Counted from the first letter of the stretch, positions 41,369 to 62,093 are shown. The stretch is DNA of 64,000 nt from Salpingoeca rosetta (GCA_033442325.1 JAWQFM010000007.1:931460-995459), one strand, 5' to 3'. Notes: generated by a model not told the origin, from the letters alone. Translations and numbers: made by a program.

Positions 41369-42975
41369 GCTCATACACACAATTATACACAAACACAATC
41401 ACACACGCACGCACGCGCTCATACACACACACAATCACGCACGCACGCACGCGCTCATACACACACACACACACAACTACAGGTGTACAAGAAGATTGTT
41501 GATGAGCCATTCGTGATCAGCCAGGCATGCGTGGACCTGTCTGCCCCCGAGGGCGCGCGCGTTGCGCTCAAGGTCAAGGTGGATGACGCCGAGCACATTG
41601 CGTGCATTCTCACGGCGGGAAAGACAGACACCATGCGTCTCACACTCGCATTTGCCGAGGGCCAGGACATTGAGTTCTCCATCGTCGGCGAGCACGACGT
41701 GCATCTCACAGGTGGGTGTCTTGGTTGTGTGTGTGTGTGTGTGTGTGCGTTAGCGCGTGCATTTATGCGCTTCAGCCTCGGTTTGCGTGTGTCGTATGCA
41801 CCCGCATTGTGTAGGCGCGTGTTTGTCCTTCTCTTGACCTCCCTGCCACCCTCTCTCGACTTTGTACGTCTCTGCCACGCTCTCTCTGTGCCCATTTGTC
41901 CTGATCACCACTCATTATCTGGTGCGCCATCGTGTGCTCGCTCGCTCACGGGCACCCCAGGCCACGTGATCCAGTCTGAACCCATGGGCGAGGACCTGTA
42001 CGACGAAGACCTCCTGGATGAGGATGAGCGTGAGCTGGAAGAGGACGAGGACGAGGACGACATGAGCGACTTTATCGACGACCGTGACCTCGATGAGGAT
42101 GAGGAGGATGAGGAAGAGGAGGAGGAAGAGGAAGATGAGGAGGAGTCTGATGATGAGGAGGAGGAAGAGGAGGAGCAGCCAACAAAGAAGGCCAAGGTGA
42201 ACCAGCAGAAGAAGCAGAAGGAGGCTGAGAAGCAGGCCCAGCAGAAGAAGCAGAAGGAGGCTGAGAAGCAGGCCCAGCAGAAGAAGCAGAAGGAGGCAGA
42301 GGCAAAGAAGAAGGCGGCGCAGGAGGAGGCAAAGAAGCAGGAGGAGGCAAAGAAGAAGCTCAAGGAGCAGCTGAAGAAGGAGAAGGACGCCAAGCAGAAG
42401 AAGCAGCAGCAAGAGCAGGACAAGCCCAAGCGCCGCACCCTCAAGGGCGGTACGTTTAATCACAGCCGCACGTGCTTCTCCCCGTGGTCGTGTTGGCCGT
42501 GTTACACAAACCCTGCGCCATACCGGGATGATGTTGTGCATAGCGTTTCTGCTGCACCTGACCTCCATTTTTTTCTCGTCTGTGTGCATCTGTGTGTTTG
42601 TGTGCTTGTATTGTGGCAGGTGTTGTTGCGACTGAGCTTCGCGCGGGCAAGGGCGCTGCGTGCAAGCGCGGGCAGAAGGTGGCGATGCGCTACATTGGGC
42701 GGCTGAAGAAGAACAACCGCGAGTTTGACCGCACACATGGCAAGTCCACCTTTGCCTTCCGCCTCGGCAGCGGCGAGGTCATCAAGGGGTAAGTTCATGG
42801 CAACCGCCACCGTGCTGCCGCTGCCGCTATTGTTGTTGTTGTAGAACCACAAACAAAGGGTTCAGGCATGTTATTCTTGCAGAGGCATGCGCGAAGTGCT
42901 AGCAACCTGCACGCAAGCAACGCACAAAGGACACGCGGGTTTGCGAACACCTTGCTTGTATCACCACGCTCCACG

Positions 42976-43048
<73 letters not shown>

Positions 43049-43216
43049 GCGTGGTGCAGCTGGGACATTGGCGTTGAGGGCATGAAGATTGGAGAGAAGC
43101 GGCGCCTGGAGCTTCCAGCGGCGTGCGGATACGGGCGCCAGGGCGCACCCCCAGACATCCCGCCAAACGCTGACCTTGTCTTCGAGGTCGAGCTCGTCAA
43201 GATCATGCGCAAGTGA
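41087..43216 (+). CDS. Nucleoplasmin-like (NPL) domain FKBP peptidyl-prolyl isomerase / histone chaperone (FKBP39/Fpr3/Fpr4 type), 5 exons
   Basis: [11 protein letters not shown] start..VHLTG, a long acidic tract, Lys-rich repeats, and a C-terminal FKBP domain [24 protein letters not shown]|[36 protein letters not shown]. Confidence 0.93.
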
Positions 43217-43484
43217 CCATGTACCTGCGCGTGTTTGGATAACAACCAACATGTTGGTTGGTTGGTGGGATTGATGGATGGATGGTTGGTTGGTTGGTTG
43301 GTTGGTTGATCGATCGGAGGGGGGAGGTGGCAGCGCTGTCTGAAACAGCATAAAGTGTAGCAATATCGACCAAACCAAAAGGAAAACAACAACAAGCCAC
43401 GATGGTGTGCTGTGTGGGTGTGCTGTGTGTTGTGTGTTGGGGTTGCTCGCCCTTGCTCGCCTTTGCTCAACTTGGTGACCACTC

Positions 43485-44177
43485 ATGCCACTTGAAACGC
43501 TTACTGCGTACGTACAGAGCCGGCCAGCGTACAGCGTGGGCAACGCGTCTGCAGTGCAGCATGTGCCTCGCAAGCACCTGAGCCTGGAGAAGGTCGTGTT
43601 CTCTGAGGGCATCTTCAGCTTCTGCATCGGTCAAGTCAAAGACAAGGTGGGAAGCATGTGTGTGTGTGCAGTGTGTGTATGTGGGTGTGGGGGGGGTGCA
43701 GAGAGTGTGTGTACATAGTGGGTGTATGCATGTGGTTACCTCTGTGCGCGTGCGTGTGTTCCAGTCTTGCTACATTGTCAGCCATCTTTGGTTTCGCTCG
43801 TGTTTCACCACCACTTTCACCACTTTCACCGTTACTATTTTACTTCATTTTGCTTGTTCGTTGTGTGAAGACGACCATCCCCGTGTTGGCTCTTGTTGTG
43901 TCAGAGAAAGGCCATGACGCTCACCGGCAACACTTGCTCAAGGTAGTGCGCATCTGTGTGTGTGTCATGACGCACGATGTTATTGACCCTCACCTAGTAG
44001 TACTTGCAGTGTTGGCTAACCAGCAACTTCACGTTCCCTTGTTCTTTTTGGTGTTTTGTGCAGGAGGCTGCCTTGCTCAGCAAGCTCAACCACCCCAATG
44101 TGATGGCAGTGCATGGCGTTGTTGTCTCCGAACCTCCTTACACGCTGCTCCTTGAGGAAGCCAACCATGGGTGCGTC

Positions 44178-44247
<70 letters not shown>

Positions 44248-44934
44248 GCGTTTGCACGCGTGTCTGCACGTGTGTGCACTTGAAGGATTGCAACTGTTCT
44301 GTGCTCATCATTCACACACACGCACACACTGAGAAACGTGCTGCTGACACTCCCGTGACGTGTATGTGCCCATACAGAACCGTGCAATCGTACTTCATGA
44401 CACACGCAGACCTGGACGTTGCTCTGCTTCGCAAGTTTGCCCGCGAAGTCTGCAGCGCCCTCAATTACCTCGGCAGGTGTGTGTATGTATGTGTATGTAT
44501 GTGTGCATGTGTGTTTGTGTGTGCGTGTGTGTGTGCGTGTGTGTGTGTGTGCGTGTGTGTGCGTGTGTGTGTGTGTGGCCACGACACACAAGTTGCCCTG
44601 TGTGAGTATCCCTAGCTCTCATTCATCCTGCTTGATGGTTGCGTTGCTTGCTTGTTGTCACGTGGGGCACTGCTCACACACGTCGGTTCGTGTGCTCCTC
44701 ATCAGAGTCAACTGCGTCCACTGGGATGTGGCGTCGCGCAACGTGTTTCTCACCTCCAAGCTCACCTGCAAGCTGGGCAGCTTTGGCCGCGAAAAGGTTG
44801 GAGAGGGAACAGAGACTCGCGGAGCCGCTTGGCCATCATGTTGTTAATGGCGTCTTTGCACCTTGACACCAGGCAGTGAATTCACCACCACATGGGTCCA
44901 CACACACACACACACACGCACACACACACACACG

Positions 44935-45003
<69 letters not shown>

Positions 45004-45231
45004 ACACCTATCCCTCTGTCAGCGGATGACGGACCGTGCGCCCAACGGATACTACACGGCGCCAAGTGGGGTGGTGCTGCGGCGGTGGTCCCCACCAGAG
45101 GTCGGCCTGAACGAGGGCAGTGTCAGACGCATTGCGCAGACGGAGGACATATGGGGGTATGGCATCTTCTTGTACGAGATCTTCACCCAATGTAAGCAAG
45201 AACGAGTGGTACGCACGCCAGCCAGGAAGAG

Positions 45232-45263
<32 letters not shown>

Positions 45264-45391
45264 GACGTGTGTGTGTGTGTGTGGACGTGGGTTTGCACGT
45301 GACCCGCGTTTGAGCAGCGTGTCTAACCGCTCACGGCGCCACACGCCGCTTGTGCCGACGGTGTTACTCATGACGCTTTGTGCCCTTGAAA

Positions 45392-45482
<91 letters not shown>

Positions 45483-47987
45483 GCTTCCGCTGCGTCAGGT
45501 CGGATTCCGTATGGAGACGCGACGTGGACGGAGGAGCAGATGTATCTCGACACAATGATGGACGCGCAGGAGGGCTCGCTCCTGCCACAGGTCCGCAGAC
45601 AAACTGGTCGCAAGAATGGCGTGTGTTCACGCACATTGTTGTTTGGGTGTGTATGCGGGGGTGTATTCGTGGGTCTGTGCAGANNNNNNNNNNNNNNNNN
45701 NNNNNNNNNNNNNNNNNNNNNNNNNNNNNNNNNNNNNNNNNNNNNNNNNNNNNNNNNNNNNNNNNNNNNNNNNNNNNNNNNNNCCAGCGAACCGCCCCTC
45801 GTTTGCGGTGCGTTGCTTGCAAGCGATCACACCATGGTTGTGTGTCAATGTGTGTATGTGTGTTTATGTGTTTGGAGAGGGCTGTTTGTCTGCCACTTTC
45901 TGCTCCACCCTCACGATGGCCACGTTTCCCCACCACTCGCTCGTTCCTGATTGCGCAGCGCATCGAGAAGCGGCTGTCGTCGGAGCAAGCGCTCAAGGAG
46001 CTCGACAACATCTTCAGGTGCAGACGGAAGCGCGCGCACACACATACACACACACTCATGCACTCACACACTCACACACTCACGTTCACTTACACACGTT
46101 AACACACTCGCACACACACACGTTCACTCACTCGCACGTTCACACACACACACACACACACTCTCTCTCTCTCACTCTCACGCACCCTTACACTTCTTCA
46201 ACACCCCCCCCCCCACACACACACACACCACATGACAACGCCCTCTCCTCCTTTTCAGCGCGGTGGCAAGCACGGCAGCGGACGGCATGAAGTCGAGTGC
46301 ACGACAAAGCGACATGGCAACACCGCCGCGAACACAACAACAACAGCAGCAGATGGATTCGTCGTCGCACATGCGGACGTCTCCTGGTGGCATTGAGGCC
46401 GCCATCAGTGCACTGCAGTCTGTACTGGACGAGAACACATCACCTGAGAAGCAGCAGCCACCGCCCGCCGCCGTTTCAACAGCCACGCCAACCTCAGCTG
46501 CAAGGGTGAGGCCAACAGCGACCACCTCCACCTCAACTGGGACGAGCATGTCTCCCGCGCCCCAACGCAGTTTTGCCTCAGCGACGACAGCGGTCACACC
46601 GCGCACCGCGCCCTCGCCTGCGGGCGTGACATCGCAACCGAAGCGAAAGTCAAAGATTCCGCCACTCAAGACGCTTCGACACGCGCGCGCACCGTCACCG
46701 CCGCCAGCACCGTCGCCGCCACGCCAGCCGACACCACCACCACCACCACCGCCGCCACCACCAAGAGAGCCGACCCCACCACCACCACCACGTGAACCAA
46801 CCCCACCACCGGTGGAGCCTGCTGTGGCGGTTGCTGACGCATCTACGAGTCCCATCACGACTGAGGACTTGGAGTCACTGCTGGAGCCGAAGAAGGTCAC
46901 AGCCGAAATTGGACTGCAGACAGACGAGGTTGAGGAGCCAAGGCCACAGACCGCAGGTGTGCTGTGTAGTCTGGTGTTGTGTGTTTGTTTGTTTGTTTGT
47001 TTGTGTGTTTGTGTGGTTGTTTGTTTGTGTGGTTGTGTGGTTGTTGGGGGTTTCATTTCGTTTGCCTGTGCATGTGTGTGTGCGTGTAGTTGTGTCGACG
47101 TTGTGACGTTGGCATTGTCACCGTCTCATCGTCGGTGCTGCATGGCTTGGATTGGTTGATGTTCTCAATTGTCCGGCCTCTCACAACCTTTTCTGACGAC
47201 CACTTCCTGTTTTTGTTTTCCTCCAATTCACTGTGTGTGTGTGTGTGTTGCTCCTCGCTCACATCAACCCATGTCATTCATTCATTCGCATGTCGGTTGT
47301 GCACGTGTGCAGACGTTGGATTTCAGGTCGAGCTCGCACCGCCGGCGCCGCCGCCGCGTCCAGCCATCACGGAGCAGACGGCGCAGCTCATCAACGACAA
47401 CGTCACGCTCAAGACCGATCTACAAGCCATGCGCCGTGCCCTCGCTGGCGCTCTCCGCTTGAAGGCAGACATCTTGGAAGGGACATACGAGCCGCCGCCA
47501 CCCGAGGAGGGGGATGATGATGACGATGCTGGTGTTGGCGGTGGCGTGGGCGATGGCAGCCCCACGTACGACGTTGCCAACCACGAGTACGAGGCCGTGC
47601 ACAGCGGTGTCATGCGGGCATCGGACGATTACGAATATGAGGAGCTGCATGGCTTCAACACGCCAGCAGGCGGCGGGCGCCATTTCAGACACAACGCCCA
47701 CGCTGGTAGCATCCGCGGCAAGAAGCGGGCTGTCAAGCCAAAGGTGCGCGTGTGTGTACATGTGCGTGCGTGTGCTTGTGCTTGTTTGTATGGGTGCGTG
47801 GGTGTGCGTGGGTGTGCATATGAATGTGTGTGATTTGAAACAGGGAGACATTCGTGCTTCAATTTCCATGTCACGTCACACACACACACACACACATCCT
47901 TGCAACCACTGATAGGTCATTGAGCGGTTTACGAGTCTCTTCTCTGATCCGAGAGATGCTCAGGCGCTCGTGCACAAGGTACAGTGA
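43485..47987 (+). CDS. Cytoplasmic tyrosine-kinase-family pseudokinase with Pro-rich, coiled-coil and Tyr-motif tail (multi-exon, spans a gap; 3' end uncertain)
   Basis: VPRKHLSLEKVV, EAALLSKLNHPNVMAVHGV, VHWDVASRNVFL (TK-type HRDLAARN loop), CKLGSFG, RWSPPE, DIWGYGIFLYEIFT, IPYG. No signal peptide or TM segment seen. Confidence 0.82.
45684..45783. other. Assembly gap (100 Ns) within the kinase gene
   Basis: N run. Confidence 1.
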
Positions 47988-48342
47988 TGGGAGGCTGATT
48001 TGACTTGACTGGTGCGTTGCAGTGACAATCCCACGTGTGCCATGTGGACGTTTGACTGTGTTGCGGCTGTTGCCGTTGGTTTGTTGATGTGTGCACGTGG
48101 ATGTGTGCAGAATCACGCGCACGCGTGCGCGTGTGTGCGTGTGTTATTGGTTGTCTCAAGTCTGGTAAAGTGTGCTTTTCTTTTGTGTTGTGAAACCAAA
48201 AGCACTCGACCAAGCCACAATACAGGAAAGAATCCACAAGACGAAAGCAGACCAGCATACACACACACACACACGCAAGAGAGGTAGGGGACATGATGTG
48301 AGTGAAGGTTGAAACAGCTCTGACAACTAGCGCGACACGTGA

Positions 48343-54231
<5,889 letters not shown>

Positions 54232-54897
54232 CAGGGCGCATCAACGACAGCGTGATGTGAGACACAACTCGCTCGCTTGCTTGTTTGCTTTGAAGGAAGC
54301 TTGTCTTCTCGCTTGCAGAATGCAAAACCCCAGCAAATGCTCATGGTTGGTGGTCGACACGCCTCCTTGTCCACACACTCACACCCACCCACACACGGCC
54401 ACCCCTACGCCGTCGTGCGCACACCACGCCGTCGTGCGCACACCACGCACACCACGCACACCACGTTGACACCGACCTCGGCTCATCTCTCGGAAACCAG
54501 TTTGATTCCAAAACGGTCCGCGACAGCACGAAATGACAATGTGGTTTGGTGCGTTGTATTGCAAGCAAGGGTCCAACAAGCACACACCAACACACACACA
54601 TCAGTCATCATGTGTCACATCACATCACAACATCACAACACACATCTCAATGCAAACACGGTGTTGGTTTCAGTGCCCGGGTCACATTCACGTTGTTCAC
54701 TGCAGACACAGACAGTGGAAGGCGGTGTGAGTTGGGGGGCGGGGCGGGGAGGGACATGTCAGTCCAGCACAACAGAAGTGCGCACAATCTGTCATCAAAC
54801 ACACACACACACAGACACGCACACACACAGACACACAGACACGCACAGACAGACACGCACACACACACACACACACAGACAGACACGCACAGGACTG

Positions 54898-57800
54898 CTA
54901 CTGCACCTGGTCGTCCTCTGTGACGTCGCCGTAGATCCACATGCCGTCGCGGGCGGCAATGGCGCGGGCCTGCGCATCGCGGTACTTCTTCATCAGAGCG
55001 TCAAGCAGCGGCGGCGCCTGCTTGTCCACACGCCCGTAACCGCACGCAATCAGCTCCCGGCCTTGGTCGACCTACAACACAACACACAAAGCGCGCAGCG
55101 CAGGCAACGACGCGTGCAGTGAGAGATTGTGATGATGCACAGGGGCTGCATGGGGCTGTTTGTCATGACGAAGAAGGAGAGTGAGGGCCACTAAACAAAG
55201 CAGCAATCTCATCGCGAGCATGCAGCGATGGCTAGCATGTGAGAGACTGCCAAGGATAGCCAAGTGCGGCTACTGGGCATGGCGTGGGTGCACGAGCTGA
55301 GGTTACCTTGCCGTCCATGGTGGTGAGGGTGACGTGCTCGCCCTCGCTGTCACGGTACTCGGAGTTGCACATGAACGACTTGTCGAGCAGCAGGTCAGCA
55401 ACCACGCTGCGTACGAAAGTACGGATGTGCATGTGGGTGCATGCGTGTGTGGGTGTGAGCAAATGGATGTGTAGGTGAATGTACGTGCGCATGTATGAGC
55501 ACTCAAACGCATGGCAAACAGCAACAAGACAACAGCCGTGTGCATGGTCAGGGTGACACGGCAAGGAACCTCACTTTTGTGCCTCTGCCTCCCAGTCGGC
55601 CGGTGCGGGGGCAATGCCGGCAAGCGTCACCAGCCGCGCCTGCGTACAAGCACGCGCGTGTGTGTTCGTGAGTTGGGTGTGTGTGTTTGCATGTGAGAGC
55701 ATCGAACGTGCATGGTTCAAACAACTCTGCTTACAGACAGAAGGACATGACACAAAGACACGGACATACAGACACGGACACAAAGACACGGACATACAGA
55801 CAGACGGACAGATGGCCACAAACACAGACACGGACACACGGACACACACACACACACACACGGACACACGCGGACACACACGCACACACACGCACGCACA
55901 TACGAACAACGTGCTTAGTGCACGCGGACCTGTGCGGGCAGGGAAGATGTGCCTGCGGGAAGAGGAGCACAGCGCTTGGCAGGTAGCGTCTCCTTGTTGC
56001 CAAAGTCAATGTACTGCACAGTGACGTTGCTGCCAGACACGTCGGTGATCTTGGCGCGGTACCACACGTTGTCCAGCGTAAACTGGGCGGCGCACATCGC
56101 GCCCTTCTGCACACACACGCAAAGCGCCCGAGACCCGGGGCAGGAGGATATCAGCCGTTTGGGAGAGGGAGATGACATGTCCATGTTCGCAGGTACACGC
56201 TCATACGCACATGCCACAAGCGCATGCGTCTGCAATCACGCACAGAAGACACCATGTGCGTTCAAGTGCAATGGCAGTGGCACCACCTTTGGCTTGAAGG
56301 CGCCAGCGCCCGCGCCGTTGCTGCTGGCGAGCGACTGCATCACCTTCTCCAGCTCAGCGCCTGTCGAATCACGCAATACAAATACATGCACAAACAAACA
56401 CACACACACACAGAGAGAGAGAGTACCACGTGTCAACAATAGACAAGTGATTGATCAAAGTCCAAGCACAGAACAACAGAATGACGAACAAAGTCAGCAC
56501 GCGACGTGCAGAACGTACTCGACTTCTGGCCCTGCACGTAGAAGCTGTTGGTGGAAGCAATCTCCGTCACAAGAACAGGCTCCGGGGCTAAAATAGCGCA
56601 ACATTCGTGAGAGACGCGAACACATGCCACGCATGTAGTGCGTTAACCATATCAGTCATGACACATGTGCACAACAACATCCGTGACCATTACGACAAAA
56701 GCACATACATACATGACGAGGACGTGGGCAAAACATGCACACGCACAAGACAAATTTGCACACACGCACACACGCACGCACAGGCAAAGGGCCTGCTGCC
56801 CCACCGTGCTTGCGTGTTGTGGCGGCGGTTGGCCCGAGGGCGGCCTCCTTCTCTGCCTTCTCCTTCTCCGGGTCGAAGTCCTTGAACAGGTTCACGCGCT
56901 TGTCCTTGGCTGCCTGCTCCGCTGCTTCAAGCTCGCCCTTGTGCGCGAAGCGGCGCACAGAGCCGTGGACCTTCGCCAGCCCGTTCTCAAGGAGTTTCAC
57001 AGAGAGGTTCTCGCGGTTGACAAACACATGCGCAACAAAGTTGCCGTTCTTGTCCACGTCCTCAAGCTCAAGCTCAACATCCCGCTGCACGCGCGCAACC
57101 ATGGGAAAGGGAGCGAGGGTGAGAAAGCGTGTGCCGGGGAACGGGGTGAAGACATGCGTTGATATTGTGTGTGTGTGTGTGTGTGTGTGTATGATGCACG
57201 CGAGTACATCGTGTCTACGTGCATGTATGTGCACCATCGCTGCGTAGCACACCTGGTGGCAGTAGGTCTTGGTGAAGTCGAGGGCCTCGCGAGCAAACGG
57301 CTGGTCTGGCGTGTCGTCACGGCCCGTGCGAGGGCACGAGATGCCCGCAAAGACCACAGAGACGACACACGTGTGCTTGGGAATGAGCGCGCGCACACGA
57401 GAGCCGCTGACGACGTGCTCAACCACCGCAGACACGCGCGTCTCCCGCCGCATCGACGAGTAGAACTTGTCCGCCTGTGTGTTCGTTTGTGTATGTGTTA
57501 GTGTTTTGTGTGTTAGTGTTTTGTGCGTGTGTTAGTGTTTTGTGTGTGTGTGTGTGTGTGTGTGTGCGGTGAGTGCCAATACATGTGCGCGTGCCAAGTA
57601 AATACATGCGTGTTCATAGTTCGCTCGAGAGCAGGTTAGCGTGGCGTTCAGCCGTGCATGTCCCACCTGCTGCTTGTTCGTGACTTCGGCAATGCGGTGG
57701 ATCGGCACTTCGCTCTTCGTGTGAATGCCCTTGTTGTTCTTCACAGCACTGCCATTATCGCAAGCACCAAGTGCAAAGGTGCGTGTGTGGTTGTGCGTAA

Positions 57801-58004
57801 AGGTGAGTGAGTGCAAGAGTAATGAAACCGGTGGTGGTGTCAGCCACACACCATAGCACCAAGACAAGCGCAGCACCGCACCACAACTACACACAACGAG
57901 CATGTGTCAAACGCGACATACACGCGACTACGACGGCAACTGACCGGGTCTCGGCAGCGAGGAGATCGTCGTACACGGATGACCGCGCATCATCGTCCTC
58001 CCTG

Positions 58005-58073
<69 letters not shown>

Positions 58074-58694
58074 CATGACAACACACAGCCAGTCACACAC
58101 GGGCATGGAAGGCATGTGGCATTGATTGAGCAATGCAACGTCTCCACACACACACACACACACACAGCACAAAGAGCAAACATGCATGCAAGTAGGGAGT
58201 TGAGTCTGGTGGGTAAGAAGCATTGCTTACCTGTGACGGAGAGCGGTTGCGTAGCCCTTGCTGATGAGCGCCTCGGCAACATTGACGCCGCCAATCGTGA
58301 TCGTGCAGCACGTCTACAAAAGCACACACACACACACACATGCACATGCAGGTGGTTGAAGGCATGCGGGTCGTAAGCGGAAGGAGCACATCAGCAAGCC
58401 AATACCGCACACATGGTGAGAAGCACCATGCAAGCCCCGCCCCAAACGCGGGCAAGCGACCCACCAAAAAAAGTAACCCATACAGACAAGCAATTCAAGC
58501 CGAGGGAAAAGGCCGACAAGGGCACAGCACCTTTGCTGGGAAGCCATTGTTGGCGGGCTTGACGTAGTCCACCTTCACGTCCACCGTCTGGTCAATCAAC
58601 TTCTTGCTGCACGCACACCACATCAACAAACAACACAGCACATTGCGGCCGGTGTGGGTAGGGACATGAGGGTACTTGTTTTGAAAAGGGGGAA

Positions 58695-58728
<34 letters not shown>

Positions 58729-58751
58729 CAGAGAGAGAGAGAGAGACAGAC

Positions 58752-58810
<59 letters not shown>

Positions 58811-58843
58811 CAGAGAGAGAGAGACAGAGAGAGACAGAGAGAC

Positions 58844-58874
<31 letters not shown>

Positions 58875-60422
58875 GAGAGATGTGGAGAGACAACCGTGCA
58901 GGCCACGGCGAAACCCCAAGCAGGCAACATTGCCCAAAAACAGGCGCACCATCGAAACCCTGTGCGTATAAACGAATGTTCAGCAGCACGTGTCGTACCG
59001 CAGGAATTCACGCGTCTCGTAACCAAACGGAACCTCGTAGAAGCGAGGGGCCCGCGAGCCCTGCACATGCATACGAGGGCATGGGTCAAGCGAGAGTAAG
59101 TGAAAGTGAGTGAGTGAAAGTGAGTGAGTGAGAGGGTGTGTGGCCATCGCTGCTCCCCGACACGAAATACAACGGGACAACAAACATGTGTGTATGTGTG
59201 TGCGTGCGTGGACTTACGGGTTCGCGTGGGTGCTTGGGCTGGCGGAGAGAGGCCAGGTGGATGCGCTGCTGCACACCGTCGCGCTCGATCACATACTGCT
59301 CCGGGTTAACAATCTCAACCACCTGTACACACACAGACGCACACAGACACACATACACATCCACATCCATACACATACATAGAACACACATGCATGAGCA
59401 CGCGCGAACATGTTGTGTGGGAGACACAACACAACTGCGCAAACACAACTTGACTGCAGACAGCACCAATAATTGCGCTTCCCCATGCCCGCCACTTGGC
59501 CCTGCAAGCATCATCACCCTCGGGCACGGCCCACCATCACAGGCTACCACCGCCTCCACAGGCTACCACCACCTCACCTTGGCCTTGAACGATTGGTCCG
59601 ATGGAGAGAGCGACAGCTCCTTGCGCGAGGCAAAGTTCTTCCACAGCTTGAGCTTGTTCGCCTGCGCGTACTGCTGCGCCGCGCGGTACCTGGTGCGCAT
59701 TTGTGTGCAGTCACGCGATTGTGTGCGTGGGCAAGAATGGCAATAAATGAGCCCTGATGTCTCGCGTCAACGCAACGGTCAATGTCCAGCATCCAATTTC
59801 CTCTGCCCCAGAAACCAACAAAAAGCTCAACCCCAATTAAACCATTCCCCCTCCCATCTGCCAACACGGTTGCGCCCCATGCCTCCACCACTCGCATGCA
59901 AGGCAAATCTGACGTTGCTGCCCCGCCGGTGAGGCTGCTGATGCTCCAGTCGACAATCTTGGCCAGCCCGGCCTTGAGCAGATGCTCGCTGATGTTGCGC
60001 CCGCCCATCAGCGGTGTCGCAAGAAACACGTTCCCAGACGAGCCTGACCACGCACAGCAGTAGCAGCAGTAGCAGCAGCATGGAGGCACGAGCACGTTTG
60101 TCGCGGGATACCGTGGTGATCGTGGTTGAGCAGCATGGATGGAGCAACATGTGCATGTACGTGTATGCAAGCGGTGAGTGAAATGACAAGGGGGAAAACA
60201 CAAACTCTCCATGCAGATGATGCGGGTACAAGAAACAGTGTGTGTGTGTGTGTGTGTATGTGTGTGCGTGCATGTGTGCGTGCGTGTGTGCGTGTGTGCG
60301 TCACCTTCGAGAATGAGGTCGACGTCACGGTTGAGGAGACGAGACTCCACGAAGAACTTTGCCTCTGCAGCAAACGGCTCCGCAACCTCGTTGCCCTCCG
60401 CATCCCGCTTGAACATTGGCGT

Positions 60423-60454
<32 letters not shown>

Positions 60455-61429
60455 GCACAGGAAAAGCGCGTTGAAGATGAAGGGACATGTCCAGGTCCAG
60501 CACACGAATACGCACAAGGAACCAAGAATTCATATCATTTGACACAACACACACACACACAATACCTTGACGCCAGTGAGAGAGAAGGTGATGTACTCAA
60601 AGTTCGGCAGCAGAAAAGCGCGGAGCGTGCAGCCGTCCCGCACGTGCTCAATCACAGCTGTTTGAGGGGTTGTGGGATACGTGGTGGCGAAGACAGACGG
60701 GTGAGAAAAGGCATCAGGAGCAACACACGCACTGCTCAATGTGATGCATAGCCCTCCAAACACACACACACACACACGTGTCACCTCCACCCCGTCCACT
60801 GCACAGGAAAATGCCGACTGACCCTTGACGGGCTTGCCCTTGTTCTTGTCCACAAGGGCGCGCATGTTCTCCACGTTCCAGGTGATCTTGCGCACATGCT
60901 GCCAACACACATGCACGCACACACACATACACGTTGAGTCAAGCCGTGGAACAAGCCATGGGCACAACAGCACAGTGTGTTGCAATGTAGCCACGCCGTT
61001 CTACCTCAAAGCACACACACACACAGTTGTATTCAAACGCGCGCACCTTTGGCTTGGACTTCTCGTCCCAAATGCCAATGTGACTGCTCTCGGCCTTGGT
61101 CTGGGCTGCCTGCATCTTCTCAAAGACGCTGCAGGCACACGGTACACGTATGCCAACACCAAGGCAGCGAGCAGGAACGTGAGAGGAGGAGCCAGCTTAT
61201 GCTCAAACCCTGTGCGCCACAAATTGCGCACAGTTCTAACAGCTCACGCACACACACACAAAAAACACACACACACACATAACACAGTAGAAACTCACTC
61301 GCCAGTGCCGCGGGAACCCTCGCGAATGCGGGCGAGGCCGGCATCTAGGAGGCTGACAGCAATGTACTCCTCGTTGGCCGTGTCGCGGTTCAAGATGATG
61401 TGGCCGAATTCGCGGCCAGAAGGAACCTG

Positions 61430-61505
<76 letters not shown>

Positions 61506-62093
61506 CAAGCGAAACGCGTTTGTATAACAAGAGGAAGGTGAGGGCTCGTTCACAACAATTAGCACGCGGTCGCTGTCAAAGACTTGCCTCCACGCCATGC
61601 CGACACAACACCACGACAAGCGAGCACAGCCCAACCCACCGTGTACTCGACGAAGAAGGACACGCGCTTGCCAATGACCTTCTTGCGCACAAGCTCGCGA
61701 GCTTCCCAGGCGTAAGGCTGTGGCGAATTGTTTTTGTGTATGTGAGAGAGGATGGAGGTGGGGGCTAGTCAGCAAAATCAGGCGGCTACGAACAACAGAG
61801 GGCATTGATCGCAAAGCAAAAAAAAGAGGGGGGGGGGTGCGGGATAGAGGAGAGATCGCACATGTGCGCGCATGCATCCTTGAGCAACTGTGTGTAGGGT
61901 TGCGTTGTAAGCGCACCTCATCCTGCTGGCCCTGGTCCTGGCCCTGGGGTGGACGCTTGGCAAGACGCGGGCACTCGAGCTGGGCCAAGGAGAGGGTGAA
62001 CGTTGGCGGTGGGCCCGAGGCGGCGTGCCCACGCAGCACAACAGTGTCCCCAGAAAGGACGGCTTTGACAACGGCTTCTCCACGCTTTGGCAT
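54898..62093 (-). CDS. SND1: Tudor staphylococcal nuclease (Tudor-SN/p100), about 22 exons
   Basis: [26 protein letters not shown]|[17 protein letters not shown]; [16 protein letters not shown]; [20 protein letters not shown]; [11 protein letters not shown]; Tudor domain [24 protein letters not shown]; ends [15 protein letters not shown]. Confidence 0.96.
58696..58880 (+). repeat. (GA)n/(GAGACA)n microsatellite in an SND1 intron
   Basis: Seen directly. Confidence 0.9.

Noticed and set aside
42200-42305. 36-bp coding repeat ([12 protein letters not shown] x3) in the FKBP gene
   Set aside because: Ordinary expansion within the basic linker expected in this FKBP family.
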